From NCBI RefSeq assembly GCF_020745735.1, contig NC_083417.1, forward strand, positions 17,112,001 to 17,176,000: DNA of 64,000 nucleotides, in the 5' to 3' direction. Below are positions 36,932 through 50,239 of the stretch, piece by piece. The notes under the pieces are model-generated. The model was not told where the DNA came from. It did no database searches and saw only the letters and a list, made by a program, of their open reading frames with translations. Position 1 is the first letter of the stretch. The number at the start of each line of letters is the position of its first letter. The translations under genes and the position numbers were made by a program. Source of the DNA: Hemiscyllium ocellatum (Eukaryota).

Positions 36932-39718
36932 GTAAGTAACTAAAATGATGTATAAACTACATGTTGGCATTGAACCTGTCTGATTAGTGGGAGTAGTTGA
37001 GGAGGGAGAATGCGGAGTAATTAATTATGGAGGAGAATGTGGGGCAAGAGAGGATGGAGTCTGATTTTGCTCCATTCACCTATGATTTGACTGCATGGAT
37101 TGCTAGGTGGCTTTGATTAGTACAGGACATGAATATACTCAAGGAAGAGATCTGTTTACTTGAATTATTAATATCCAGAATCAAGGTCTGAAAGCTCATG
37201 TTAGTATGTCTTGAGCCTCATTCACTGGCAACGCAAGCATTTTAAAGTTATCGATTGTTTTCACCATGCCTGAAGGTGCTGAGAAATCTTTGTAGGCACA
37301 AACCTGTCTCAGATGTCAAATTCCTGATATCTATTTGGTGAAGAAATAGATAGAAGTCAGTCTTTACTCAGTTTTAGATTTGTTCATAGTGAAATAGTAT
37401 AACTGTATAGGTCCTATCTCTATTACCCAACTCCAGTGTCAGTAAATGTTTCACTAAAATAAGACAAAAATCTGCGAGCAATCTGAAATAAAAACAAAGA
37501 TTGCTGAAGAAACTTAGCAGGCCTGGCAGCATCTGTGGGGTACAACAGGGTTAAAGTTTTGAGTCTAGCCACCCTTCGTCAGAACTCATTCTGTTAACTC
37601 TGTCTCCAGATGCTGCCAGATCGGCTGAGTTTTCCATCAATTTCTGCTTTTGTGTCAATAAATGTTTCTGTATTTAAAATTATCAGCCTATTTGGACATG
37701 TTATGACACAACTCTAAATATTGCTACCCTGAAAGTTTCACTCCCTGATTGACAGTTAGAGTCCAGATCTTCACCACGAAAGTTAATCGACCTGCTTCGA
37801 CTTACATCTGGGGTAATTAGGAGTTGAACCTGGACCTTTTACAGTTGATCCTCCACTCAGTTCATCCCTCCAATAATATTCAGATAGGATTCATTTTAAT
37901 CAAAGTTGATGTTTTAACTGTCCTCAGTAATTGTAAACCATTTGTTTTTATTCACTCGTGGGACGTGGACGTTGCTGGCTGTTCAGCATTTTATTGCCTG
38001 TCTCAAGTTGCTATTGAGAGAGTGGTGGTGAGCTGCCTTCTTGAATTACCACAGTCCACATGTTGTAGGTTGATCTATAATACCTTTTGAGTGGGAATTC
38101 CAGGAGGCCATTATTGTGGAACATGCAGACATGAGGTTAATAACATAAGAAATAGAAACTTGCATAGGTGATGCAGCCTTTTGAATCTTTTCGCCCATTC
38201 AATATACTACGACCAGCCTGCTTCATCTCCACCTTCTTGCGCGATTCCCTTGTTCCTTATTGTCAGTGGTTTCCAAATAGTCATTGATCTCAGTCATTGA
38301 ATATACCCAACAACCAAGTATGCACAGTTCTCTGTGGTAGAAAATAATTTGCTCTGATGTCAATAGGAAGTGGCTGACTCCTTATTGTGAGACTGTTCTA
38401 TGCTTCCCAGTCAGGTGAATGATCAAGCATTAAACATCTTAAAAATTTTCTTTCAAAAGGATCGCCCTTCATTGTTGTTGATGTTGTGCTAAGTATCTGA
38501 ACAATTATTTGTGTCCTACCTTTCTACCCCTTTTCATCAGTCAAATGTATCCTTAATTTGATGTTTAATTTTCAGGCTTCTTTCCAAATCATAACTGAAA
38601 TATGAAATTTTAAAAAAAGACAATTACTTGGTTACATCCCATTTTATTTTGAAATATTTGCGTGGCAGCTGATTTTTAAAATCCATTGCATTTTTTGTTT
38701 GCCCCTCTGAAGTTCTTTCTCCTTTGTGGTTCTAAGAATTAGGTGTATAGGAACAAAAGAACACCATTTAGCCGTTCAAGTCTGTTCTTCCATTCAGTAA
38801 GATTATTGCTGATTTATAACTCCATTTATCTGCTTTTGGCCTATATTGTTTTAAGGCCTTTGCTTGACAAAAATTTGTCTAGCTCAGATTTCCAAGTGAC
38901 AACTGACCTAGTCTCCACTGCCAACTGTGAAATAGTGTTCAAAGCATCTATCACCTTTCTGTGTAGAAGTGCTTTCTAATATTGCTCCCAAATGGTCTAG
39001 CCCTAATTGTCAGGTTATTCCCCCTAATTCTAGAACCCTCACCCAGTGGAAATAGTGTATTGGGCAATGGTTATGAACTTGTTCCAGGGCTTTTGGTGAT
39101 AATTAATTGATTCTTCAAAGTGAAGAGCCCTTACATTGAGACAAAATGCAGAATTCTTCTCCATCTCTCCTCAAATGCAATACCTGACTCAATGCATGGC
39201 CTTTTCTTTTCTAGTAGCCTAGCACACAAACAAAATAACTTCTAACAAGCAGGTGGAAGTGAATGAAGTTCAATCTTCAGAACATATTGATTGTGTAACT
39301 ATACTTTATTGCATTTCGGTTTTAAGCCTAGAATAATGCAGAACTAAAGATGGTCATTTGACCCAGTGCACCTGTGCTGGCTCCCTGAAATTGTTTTTGG
39401 GGTAGTCCTATTCCCATTGCCTTATTTCTTCAGCAGTGCAACTTTTTCCCCTTTATTATTTATCCTATTTGCTTTTGAAAGTTATTAAATCTGCTTCCAC
39501 CATCCTTTCAGGCAGTATGTTCCAGCTCATAATGTGCTGCATTACAAAATAACTTCTCTTTGTGGCTCTCGTTCATCTGGTAAATAAGGCGTCCAATGGT
39601 TTCTGACTGCCATTGGAAGCAGTTTCTTATTATTTCATCAAATGTTTTCTCATTTTGTTCACTTATATTAAAGCTCTAACCAAATTCTTATTCAGATAGT
39701 TTTTGTTTATTTCTTCAG

Positions 39719-39850
39719 TATATCGCATTCGCTTTCACCAAAGCTTTGTGGAAATGAACAAGGGATCAAATGAATGGAAATCTGTTATTGGTGGAGCTTT
39801 ATTCCTGATAGGTTTAACTGGACTGTATTTTGCCTGGCAGAGAGTGTATG
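39719..39850 (+). CDS. COX4I1: COX4I1 coding exon with the transmembrane helix ([43 protein letters not shown])
   Basis: ttcttcag|TA TAT CGC...TAT G|gtaagt; 132 bp. Confidence 0.96.
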
Positions 39851-40607
39851 GTAAGTGAAGCTGAGTCAGCTGCATAAGATTAGTGAAGTTATGTAAATGG
39901 TGGCAATGAATGATACCCAGTATTGGGAAGAGTGGTTTAGCACTGCACTTTGCTTACCAATCAAGGCATTTTTCAAATTTTATTTTTCTTCATTATTTGC
40001 CTGGGATGTTAGTGTTGTCCATCGTCAACTGTCTTTGAACTGAGTGGCTTGTTAGACCATTTCAGAGGTCAGGTAAAAATCAGGCATTGTTGGATCTGAG
40101 TCCCTTGCTTGCCAGACCAGGATACAATGGCAGATTTCCTTCTCTGAAAGGATTTTAGTGAACCGAATCACTTTTTATGACAGTCAGTAGTTTCATGCTC
40201 ACCATTACTGTGACTTGCTTGCGATTCCAGATCTTTATTAATTGAATTCAAGTTCCACCAGTTGCCTTGGAGAGATTTGAACCTATGTTTCCGGAGCATT
40301 AGCCTTAGGCTGTGTACTACTTGTCATGTCACAGTACACCACATTTTCTGTGTAAATGAAATTTTCAAGCCACAGATTGGTTAAGGGAGATTGTACAGCA
40401 GATTAGGGAATGGTAGGTTGTGCTGATTGTTGAGGCCACATTGGAACATTAATGCTGACATGGATTGTTGAGCTGGGTTGAGTATGTGCTGTATATTCTA
40501 TATAGTAATTCTGCACCATTTCAATGACAAAGACTTCATTCTATTTCCAAATGTCTGGGCATATGAAAATGTCATTGAGTTAGGAATATGAACATTTATA
40601 TTTCTCA

Positions 40608-41208
40608 TTGCCACAGAAAGGCTGCAACATCAACATCACCAAGGATCACACCCATACCAGTAACACACTCCTACAACCTCTTCCGTCAAGCAGAAGATAC
40701 AGAAGCTTGAACACATGCACCAACAGGTTCAGGACCAGTTTCTTCCCCGCTGTTATTAGATTGATGAATGGACTCTCTAATTTCAAATAATGTTGAGCTT
40801 GTTAATCTCCTGTGCATTGTTGCCTGTATGCGTCACTCTTGCTAAACCCCCTATGATCCGTATGCCCCTGCTTACATTGATCTGCCTGTAGCGCATGAAA
40901 ACAAAGCTTTTCACTGTACTAACGCACACATAGAGATGTACAGCATGGAAACACATCCTTCAGTCCAACCTGTCCGTGCCGACCAGGTATCCCAACCCAA
41001 TCTAGTCCCACCTGCCAGCACCTGGCCCTATCCCTCCAAACGCTTCCTATTCATATACCCATCCAAATGCCCCTTAAATGTTGCAATTGTACCAGCCTCC
41101 ACCACTTCCTCTGGCAGCTCATTCCATACACGTACCACCCTCTGTGTGAAAAAGTTGTCCCTTGGGTCTCTTTTACATGACTACAATACATGAAATCAAA
41201 TCAAAATC
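40608..41208 (+). mobile_element. Rex1/Babar-type LINE 3' end, with a CR1 3' fragment (minus, ~40930-41172) inserted in its tail
   Basis: DHTH.SNTLLQPLPSSRRYRSLNTCTNRFRTSFFPAVIRLMN resembles the Rex1 C-terminal LPSGRR.RS...T.R...SFFP.AIRLLN block. Confidence 0.7.
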
Positions 41209-41384
41209 GCTGGCAACATTTTCTATTGTATAAAACTGACAATATTCCTTTCCTTCACTGTAGTGACACATGTGCTTTATGAAGTAAACATGCCTGTAAT
41301 AAAACAAATTGAAATGCTACCATTGGTAAAGGTCAAATCACTAACAAGCTAGCAAGATTTCCAAGCAGAGGAATTACATATCCA

Positions 41385-42875
41385 TATAGAGTCATAGAAA
41401 TGTGCAGCATGGAAACAGACCCTTTGGTCCAACTTGTCCATGCTGACCAGATATCCCAACCCAATCTAGTCTTATCTGCCACCACCTGGACCATATCCCT
41501 CCAAACCCTTTATATACCTATCCAGATGCCTTTTAAATTTTGCAGTTGTACTATTCTCCACCACTTCCTCTGGCAGCTTATTCCATTCATGTACCACCCT
41601 CTGTGTGAAAAAGTTGCCCCTAGGTCTCTTTTCTTTCTTTCCCCTCTCACTCTAAACCTATGCCCTCTAGTTCTGGACTTTCCCCCCCCAGAGAAAAGAC
41701 CTTCCCTGTTTATCCTATCCATGTCCCTCAGGATTTTATAAATCTCTGTAAGATCACCCCTCATCCTCCGACCTTCAAGGAAAACAGCCCTAGCCTATTC
41801 AACCTCTCCCTATAGCATATCTCCTCCAACCCTGGCAACATCTTTGTAAATCTTTTCTGAACCCTTTCAAGTTTCACAACATCTATCCAATAGGAAGGAG
41901 ACCAGAATTACACGCAATATTCCAACAGTGGCCTAACCAATGTCCTGTACAGCCGCAACATGACCTTACAATTCCTGTACTCAATACTCTGATTAATAAA
42001 GGAAAACATACCAAACACCACCTTCACTATCCTATCTACCTGCGACTCCATTTTCAAGGAGCTATGAACCTGCACTCCAAGGTCCGTTTGTTCAGCAACA
42101 CTTCCTAGGACCTTACCATTATGTATATAAGTCCTGCTATGCTTTGCTTTCCGAAAATGCAGCACCTCAAATTTATCTAATTTAAATTTCATCTGCCACT
42201 TCTCAGCCCATTGGCCCATCTGATCAAGATCCTGTTGTAATCTGAGATAACCTTCTTCGCTGTCCACTACACCTCCAATTTTGGTATCATCTGCAAACTT
42301 ACTAATTATACCTCTTAGGCTCATATCCAAATCATTTATATAAATAACGAAAAGTTGTGGACCCAGCACCAATCCTTGTGGCACTCCACTGGTCACAGGC
42401 CTCCAGTCTGAAATACAACCCTCTATCACCATCCTCTGTCTTCTACCTTTGAGCCAGTTCTGTATCCAAATGGCTAGTTCTCCCTGTATTCCATGAGATC
42501 TAACCTTGCTAAAGCAGTCTCCCATGGAGAACCTTGTCAAAAGCATTACTGAAGCCAATGTAGATCACATCTAACACTCTGCCCTCATCAATCCTCTTTG
42601 TTACTTCTTCAAAAAACTCAATAAGGTTTGTGATTTCCCAAGCACAATGTCATGTTTACTATCCCTAATCAGTCCTTGCCCTTCCAAGTACATATTCATC
42701 CTGTCCCTCAGGATTCCCTCCAACAACTTGCCCACCACTGACGTCAGGCTCACTGGTCTATAGTTCCCTGGCTTGTCCTTACCACCTTTCTTAAACAGTG
42801 GTACCATGTTAGCCAACCTCCAGTCTTCCAGCACCTCACCTGTGACTATCGATGATACAAATATCTCAGCAATAG
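41385..42875 (-). mobile_element. CR1-clade LINE 3' portion in the last COX4I1 intron
   Basis: RT motifs in ORFs 41908..42558 and 42601..42834; 3' tail. Confidence 0.92.
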
Positions 42876-43005
42876 GTCATACATAACTTTCTCAATTATG
42901 CTCATTTAACTTCTGATTAAAAGGCTGAACAGCTTTTAGAAGTGTTAGATTCTAGCTGGAGAGTCTCGTTATTGTGGGTGGTCTAATATGTGTTTCTATT
43001 CACAG

Positions 43006-43142
43006 TGTATGCAGATGCTCCTCACACTTTTTCTAATGAATGGAAGGCTAAGCAGACCAAGAGAATGGTGGACATGAGGATAAATCCAATTCAAGGCTTT
43101 GCTTCAAAATGGGATTATGAACACAACAAATGGAAGAAATGA
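43006..43142 (+). CDS. COX4I1: COX4I1 last coding exon ([44 protein letters not shown]); total CDS 507 bp, 168 aa
   Basis: tattcacag|TG TAT...AAA TGA; conserved NPIQG..SKWDY..N.WKK C-terminus; all exon phases compatible. Confidence 0.97.
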
Positions 43143-43248
43143 ATATGCACTGAACGTTTTAACTATTACTTGTTTAACATTTCAAATACTAGCTTGTGCG
43201 TTTAGGAAGTAAATTTAACAGTCTAGAGTTAATCTGCAAAATTTTGAT

Positions 43249-43254
43249 AATAAA
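43249..43254 (+). terminator. COX4I1 polyadenylation signal AATAAA
   Basis: About 107 nt after the stop codon, followed by GT-rich sequence. Confidence 0.75.
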
Positions 43255-43369
43255 TTTGACTGGTTCATGTGAGTTTGTCTGTGAGCTGTAATCTTTTTAA
43301 AAAGCAGTAGTTCTAACTTTGGTTGAGAGGGATGAGATGGACAAGATTAAAATTTAAAAATTTAAAGTT

Positions 43370-43950
43370 AAAAGCACAGCACAGAACAGGCCCTTTGGCC
43401 CACGATGTTGTGCCGAGATTTAATCCTAATGTAAAATATAATAACTTAACCTGTGCACCCCTCAACTCACTGCTATCCATGTGCATGTCCAGCAGTCGCT
43501 TAAATGTCTCAAATGACTCTGCTTCCACCAGCACCACTGGCAACCCATTCAATACATTCACAGCTCTCTGCATAACGAACCTACCTCTGATGTCTCCTCC
43601 ATACCTTTCTCCTAATATCTTAAAACTATGACCCCTCGTACTAGTCAATCCTGCCCTGGGGAAACGTCTGTGGCTATTCACCCTATCTATTCTGCTCATT
43701 ATCTTGTATACCTCAATCAGGCCTCCTCTCTTCCTTCTTCTCCCCAGAAAGGAAGGTCCGAGCCTATTCAATCTTTCTTCGTAAGGCAAGCCCTCCAGTC
43801 CAGGCAGCATCCTGGTAAACCTTCTCTGCACCCTGTCAAAAGCCCCTGTATCTTTCCTATAGTAGGGCGACCGGAACTGGACACAATATTGCAAGTGTGG
43901 TCTCACCAGGGACTTGTAGAGCTGCAGCAAAACCTTGCGGCTCTTAAAGG
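43370..43950 (-). mobile_element. CR1-clade LINE 3' end (different subfamily) just downstream of the COX4I1 poly(A) signal
   Basis: LQLYKSLVRPHLQYCVQF...VQRRFTRMLPGL...YEERLNRLG. Confidence 0.88.
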
Positions 43951-45081
43951 TGCAGAACCTATAAACAAAACCCAAGTATTTTGTTACACTTAAAAAGTTT
44001 TATTACAGTTTTTTGACCAAAGAGTTGAAATGCTTCAATCTGTTTTTCTACATGGTTTTTCAATGTGTTTAAAGACTCTTTCTTGGACTAACCACTGACT
44101 TATATCCTCTAACTTTCTTTATAACACCACATAATGGTAGAAGGGGAAATTCCTTTCAGTTTTGGTGCCAGTTTCAAGTCCTATTGCCAGAGATGAAAGC
44201 AAGGTGGTTGTTTTCTCATTTGTTTAATGTAAATAATTTCTTTTGAGCTATGAGAACAATTGAAGCAGCTTGATGTGAGTCATTGACATTGCATAATTTG
44301 GAGTGACACTAAATGCTTCTATGAATGTTTGTAATATTGGTGGGCTAGATGTACATTTATCACTTGTGATGTTGAGTTTTATTTCTTACCCTCTAAACAT
44401 CGAAATTGTACCATGCAAGGTACAAGAGAGGTTATTTGACTGTAAAGTATGTCAGAGCTGAGCCCAGCAGCTATGCGCTCTGAACAACCACAGGCCAGCC
44501 AGTTTAACTGCAGTGGTGGAGTAACTTCTAGGAACAATAGTCAGATAGGCTGAGCAACTTAATGCTGAAACTTGTGACATGATGCTTTTGGAAGGATGAA
44601 CGAGGGCAAGGGAGTGCATGTTGAATGTAGGACCTTGGGCAGTACAGAGACCTTGTTGTGCATGTCCACAGATCCTTGAAAACAGAAGAAAAGGTAGATA
44701 AGGTGACTTGGAAGGCATTGGATTACTTTATTAGTGGAGGTATCAAGTATGAGAGCAAGGTGGTTATAGTGAAGCTGTATGTAACATTAATTAGGCCTCA
44801 CCTGGAGTATATGTGTATCTCTAGTCATCACACTAAAGGCTGAATCTGATTGCACTAGAGTGGGCATAGAAGAGATTCACCAGGATTATGCCTTGTTAAG
44901 AGCAATTCTACTCTGAAGACAGAGAGAGGCTACTTACACTGGGGTTGTTTTCCTTAAACAAAGACGACTAAAGGAAATCTGACTTGAGGTATATAGTACT
45001 TAGTTATAAGGCACAAACACAGGGGAGATGGGGTGAAACATTTCCCCATATTAGAAGGGTCAGTAACCATAGAGCAGAATT

Positions 45082-45492
45082 AGCAAGTTTTGAGAAGATT
45101 TGTAGCTCAGGTTGAGGTTCTGGATGTAGATTTGCTCACTGAGCTGGAAGGTTCATTTTCAGACATTTCACCACCATACTAGGGGTAACATCTTCAGTGA
45201 GCCTCCTGGCTAAGCACTGCTGATATTTCCTGCTTTCTATTTATATATTTGAGTTTCTTTGGATTGGTGACGTCATTTCATGTGGTGACTTCATTTCCTA
45301 CAGTGTCATTTCAAGTTATTTTTCTCAGGCAGTGGTAAATGGGTCCAAGTCAATATGTTTGTTGATACATAAATAAAAAGCAGGAAACCTCAGCAGTGCT
45401 TCGTCCAGAGGCTCACTGAAGATGTTACCTAGTACGGTGACGAAACGTCTGGAAATGAATCTTCCAGCTCAGCGAGCAAACCCATATCCGTG
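45082..45492. mobile_element. Fold-back Penelope-like element (family B)
   Basis: Direct repeat gagcagaatt at 45072-45081 and 45493-45502; inverted arms; minus strand carries INKHIDLDPIY, resembling the end of a Penelope ORF. Confidence 0.8.
45413..45452 (+). ncRNA. Minimal type I hammerhead ribozyme motif (family B)
   Basis: UCA-CUGAAGA-U-GUUACC(UAGUAC)GGUGAC-GAAAC-GUC-UGG. Confidence 0.75.
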
Positions 45493-46894
45493 GAGCAGAA
45501 TTTTAGGGTAGAAGGTTTAGAGGGGTTTCGTTATCTGCAACTCACTGCTCGATAGGGTGGTAGAGGGTGGAACCTTCATGACATTTAAGAGCTATTTAGA
45601 TTAAAAATTCAAAATGCTGTAGCATACAAGGCTACATGCCAGTGCTGGAAAACAGAAATTGAATAGATGGATATTTGAGTAGAATGGACATGGGGCCAAA
45701 TGGCCTCATTCTGTGCTGTAACGATTGTACTGACACCAAGACACTAAAAATCATTCAAGACTAAGTTAATATTGACGTGGACAAATGCAGAGAAATTAAG
45801 GAAAATCAGTTTAGATTTGTTAAGGGTTTTTTTTAATTAGCTGGAGCTTTGAAGAGAAAAGTCAGGGTTGATGGGGCAATATTGTTGATGTTCTGTCCGT
45901 GGACTTCCAAAAGGCATTTGATGCAGTGACACAACAAAGAAAATTAGACCTCATGGGGAAAAAAAGGGGCAGTATCAACAAGAATGCAAAATTGTCTGAG
46001 TGACAGGTAAAAAGGTTGTGGTTAATAGATACTTTTCAAGCTCCAGGAAGGAACGGAGAGGTGCTTCAGTATTGGGATCCATGTTTTTCGTGATGTGTTA
46101 ATGACTTAGACTGTTACACTCTGGTGGCTAGTTTGTTCAGCAGGCACAGACGGAATGGGCTGAACAGTTTCTTTCTGTGCTGTAATCTTTGTGGTTCTAT
46201 GATATAGGGGCTCAATTTCAAAATTTGCAGATGATACAAATCTTGGAAGCAATGAGGAACATATTGTACTTCAGAAGGATGAGTTGGTGGAATTTAATGT
46301 GGAGAAATGACAGTTGATTAATTTTGGTAGGAAAAGCATGGGGAAGTAACAAAATAGTACAATTCTAAAGGGATGCAGTATCAAAAGGGCCTGCATGTAT
46401 GAGTAAAGATGTCAGGACAGTGCGAAAGCATAGCTGATAGCCTCCAAAAAAATCAATTAGAAATGGATAGTAAATGCCAAGAATGGCCAGATTCCAAGAA
46501 TGAATTTAAAATAGTATTTAAAACACAAACATGCTATAAAATGGAATGTTTTCTGCATGAATTATTCCCACTTTCTGACATCTGAAGAATAAAATGAGAT
46601 AGAAATGATTCATGTCCAAATGAGAGTCTAAAGCAGCTTGAAGTATAATCCTATTGAAGTGATAATTTTCTGTTGTTGGAAGTTGTGTTGAATGGATTTT
46701 ATTCGTTTTGACCTTGTTTGCTGTGCTTCTTGCCTTCCTTTTTAAATACAAACTGTAACATTGGTCTCACTTCCAAAGAGCTGATAAAGTTATTGCGACT
46801 AGAAAAATATTGGGTCTTTAGGATCAAATTAACATATGGTGAAAGCTGATTCTATAAATTGTTTGAAAAAGTACTTGAAGACAAGATTTAGATA

Positions 46895-47357
46895 ACGAGT
46901 TTTGAGAAGATTTGTAGTTCAGATTGAGTTCTGGATGTAAGTTTGCTCACTGAGCTGGAAGGTTCGTTTTCAGACATTTCATCACCATATTAGGTAACAT
47001 CTTCAGTGAGCCTCTAGTGAAGCGCTGGTGTTATGTCCCGCTTTCTATTTATTTGTTTAGGTTTCCTTGGGTTGGTGATGTCATTTCCTGTTCTTTTTCT
47101 CAGAGGATGGAATGCCATATTTCTATCAACAAACACATCGATTTGGACCCCATCTAACACCCTCTGAGAAAAAGAACAGGAAATGACATCACCGACACAG
47201 GAAATGACATCACCAACCCAAGGAAACCTAAACAAATAAATAGAAAGTGGGACATAACAGCAGCGCTTCACTAGAGGCTCACTCACGGTGTTACCTAGTA
47301 TGGCAACAAAATGTTGGAAACGAACCTTCCAGTTCAGCAAGCAAATTTACATCCATG
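46895..47357. mobile_element. Fold-back Penelope-like element (family B)
   Basis: Direct repeat agatttagata at 46884-46894 and 47358-47368; long inverted arms; SINKHIDLDPI*HPLRKR peptide at ~47123-47180. Confidence 0.8.
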
Positions 47358-48888
47358 AGATTTAGATAGCTAGGGCAAACAAAAATGGGATATGACTAAG
47401 CATAACAGCCCTTTCAAAAGGTGAGCTCATGCATAATGAGCTGCAAGGTTCTGTGACTTCAATCCCTTTACCACTGAAACCCTTCTTGGTATATGCCAGT
47501 TGCAGCTTCAATTTCAATGCACAATTGTTGATGTCCAAAGGTGCAAAATACAGCTTCCTGTCCCAATCATCTATTACCAAATATTGCAGAACAAGTTTGA
47601 GGGGCTAGGAGCAAATTACTGCAGATGCTGGAATCTGAACTGAAAACAAAAAATGCTGGAGATCACAGTGGGTCAGGCAGCATCATAGAGAGAAAATAAG
47701 CTAACATTCTGAGTCTAGATGACTCGAAACATCAGCTTGCTTTCTCTCCATGGAGCTGTGATCTCCAGCACGTTTTGTTTTCAGGTTTGACTAACTTTAC
47801 CTAATGATATGATTTCTTCTGGGTTCTTCTCTGACAATGCAATCAGTTTAAAATCCTTGTTGGCCATGGAATTTTTAAACTAAACTGGATGTTGACTCTT
47901 TGGTGACAGTACTCCGAAATTTCCTAAAGTCTTGCCTTATCTCCTTGTTATTTTTGGTTTTCTATGGGTTTCCACTCTTTAATTTCACTGATGCTGGAAC
48001 CTTAAATTGTTTTATCCCTATTCTCTGTAATTTCTGCTTTAAATAATCACAGGCTGCTATTAAAAAAAATTCTCAAGTTTTTTTAATGTAATTCTTCTTG
48101 GCTCAGCTTGGTACCTCTACTTCTTCAAGATACATTGGGAAGTCTTTAACATTAAAGATCCTACATAAATTCATATTAATGTCCAACTAAAGTGTATAAA
48201 TCTGGAGTGGGTCTTCTGTTTGTGATGCAACAAGATTCTTTGCAAGTGTAAAGCTCCTTAATTACTAACAAAGTACATTTTATATTCCAGCTATTGCTTT
48301 ACTTTAGTTGTTTTGTCAAATTCAATTACTGGAGATGGCATTTTGAAACTAGTAATATGCTTGTAAAAATGTAGCCAATTAATGAGTTTAAAAAAAAATC
48401 TGTGGGGCATGACAACTAAATATCACACCAAAGGTAACTCATTTGTGCGTCAACATGAGGTATTGACTACCACTTGTGATTTTTCTCACATTAGGATTGA
48501 AATCTTCACCAGTGGGCCTTAAACAAATTCATAGTGAGATACTCTTGCAGGGCTGTGGGATTAGAACATGAAAGTGGAACTAATTGGAAAACAATTTCAG
48601 AGTTGTCACAAATATTTCATCACGCTGCACAAGTACTTGCAGTACAAACAAGCTATTAAGCACAATAGTTTTATATCCACATGTTCTTTTCTCCATTGGA
48701 TTATCCCACTTGCTCCTGAAACATCTATGCCTCGACTATTTGTTGCAATAGAAATTTCCAATCTCTAAAGAAAGTTCCCCATAATTTTTTAATGAGATTA
48801 GTGACTACCTTATTTCCAGAGCCCTTACGTTTCGTTTGCAATAACCCTACAATCTGTTCATGTCTTGATGTAATTTGTTTTTTTAAAA

Positions 48889-49028
48889 ATTAGATTACAA
48901 ATTAGATTACTTACAGTGTGGAAACAGGCCCTTCAGCCCAACAAGTCCACACCGACCCGCCGAAGCGCAACCCACCCATTCCCCTACATTTACCCCTTAC
49001 CTAACACTACGGGCAATTTAGCATGGCC
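48889..49028 (-). mobile_element. HE1-type SINE 3' fragment
   Basis: Reverse complement of ...ggcctgtttccacactgtaagtaatctaat tail. Confidence 0.8.
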
Positions 49029-49466
49029 TTGCTGTCCTCTATTATTTAAACCCCCAATTTGTTAACATATATAAATTTTAGGACTATGCATCCAACTCCT
49101 GTGTAAATAATGAGTAGCTTTAGGCAAGACTAATTCACAACTTTTGCCAGTCTGATGGAACTTCGTGTAACATTCTGTTTTTTCAGTTAGGAGACAGGTT
49201 GCTAATTACTCTGCTGCCATGTTCACTGACTCTTTGTTCTTGCTTGCATCATGAGTCTATTAGCATGAACGTCTTTACTATATTGAAATTAGTTTGAAAA
49301 TCAGAATTTATTATGCCTACAGCATTATGCTTCCTTGTTCTGTTACTTAAACTGATTCAATAAGGTTGGTTAAGTTTGTATAATACAATTACTGTATTAT
49401 ATTCTCAGGTTCTTTATAGTTTTCCAAATTTAGTTCTTTAAATAAGGACTAAAATTATATTTCCTA

Positions 49467-50239
49467 TGTTATGACATGAAGGTGAACCCCTTTGTTAATG
49501 AAGCCCAGACACCCAGAAAAGCTCCCTCGCTTTGTAATCCGTTTAAAATATGAATGCCAGCGAACTCCCAAATTCCACTATTTAAAGTAAATAACATCAA
49601 TTTATTATTTAACTCTAAAAGTGAACATTAAAAAATAACTATTCACAACTCTAAGTCCCCTTTTCTTTTAACTGCTTATTACCTGCCTCCAACTCTATAA
49701 CAAGATGCTCTTCCAATAAGACACTTATTAAAATTACATCAACTTAATTTCAAAATCTCACAGGCACTGTCATCTTCTGTGACTTCACTCTTCCAGCTGC
49801 TGAATTGCCTGGATCATTGACTTTCTTTTTACTGTGAGTATGTTTCATGTGAAAAGGTACTCTTGATGGAGAATGTTTCCTAATTTCTTAGGTTTGTCTT
49901 GATGGCAATTACTCTCTTCCCAATTTTCAAAATGTCTATTTTTATATCCCCAACATCAAATCATCTCATTGATTCGATGTTGGCAAGACAATAAATCCAT
50001 CTCAACTGGTTTTAATGTCCTGAATATCATTTAAATTGATTGCCTAAATTTGAATTGTCGTCAAAACAGCAACCAAAACTCAGGTATCCATTTCACAGCC
50101 AAATGTTACATGTTTTCAATTTCCAGTACAATATGAGACTGCTATCTAGTTATATATGTACAGCTGCTTGTAATCTGTCAGATCATAATAGCATTCACTC
50201 TCTCTTAAAGGTCTTGTACATATTTTCAACTTCATAACA
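49467..50239 (-). mobile_element. Probable solo LTR (773 bp)
   Basis: Perfect 8-bp terminal inverted repeat tgttatga...tcataaca; flanks ccta / ccga (4-bp TSD with one mismatch); AATAAA on the minus strand near 49600. Confidence 0.65.

Larger units (their letters stand above)
44545..46430 (+). mobile_element. Old degraded CR1-clade LINE fragments
   Basis: VHRSLK, LYVTLIRPHLEY, gacttccaaaaggcatttga (DFQKAFD), aaatttgcagatgatacaaa (KFADDT). Confidence 0.7.

Noticed and set aside
12802-43975. RT-like ORFs of 150-220 aa as functional genes
   Set aside because: All are fragments of truncated, frameshifted CR1 ORF2; no intact autonomous LINE is present
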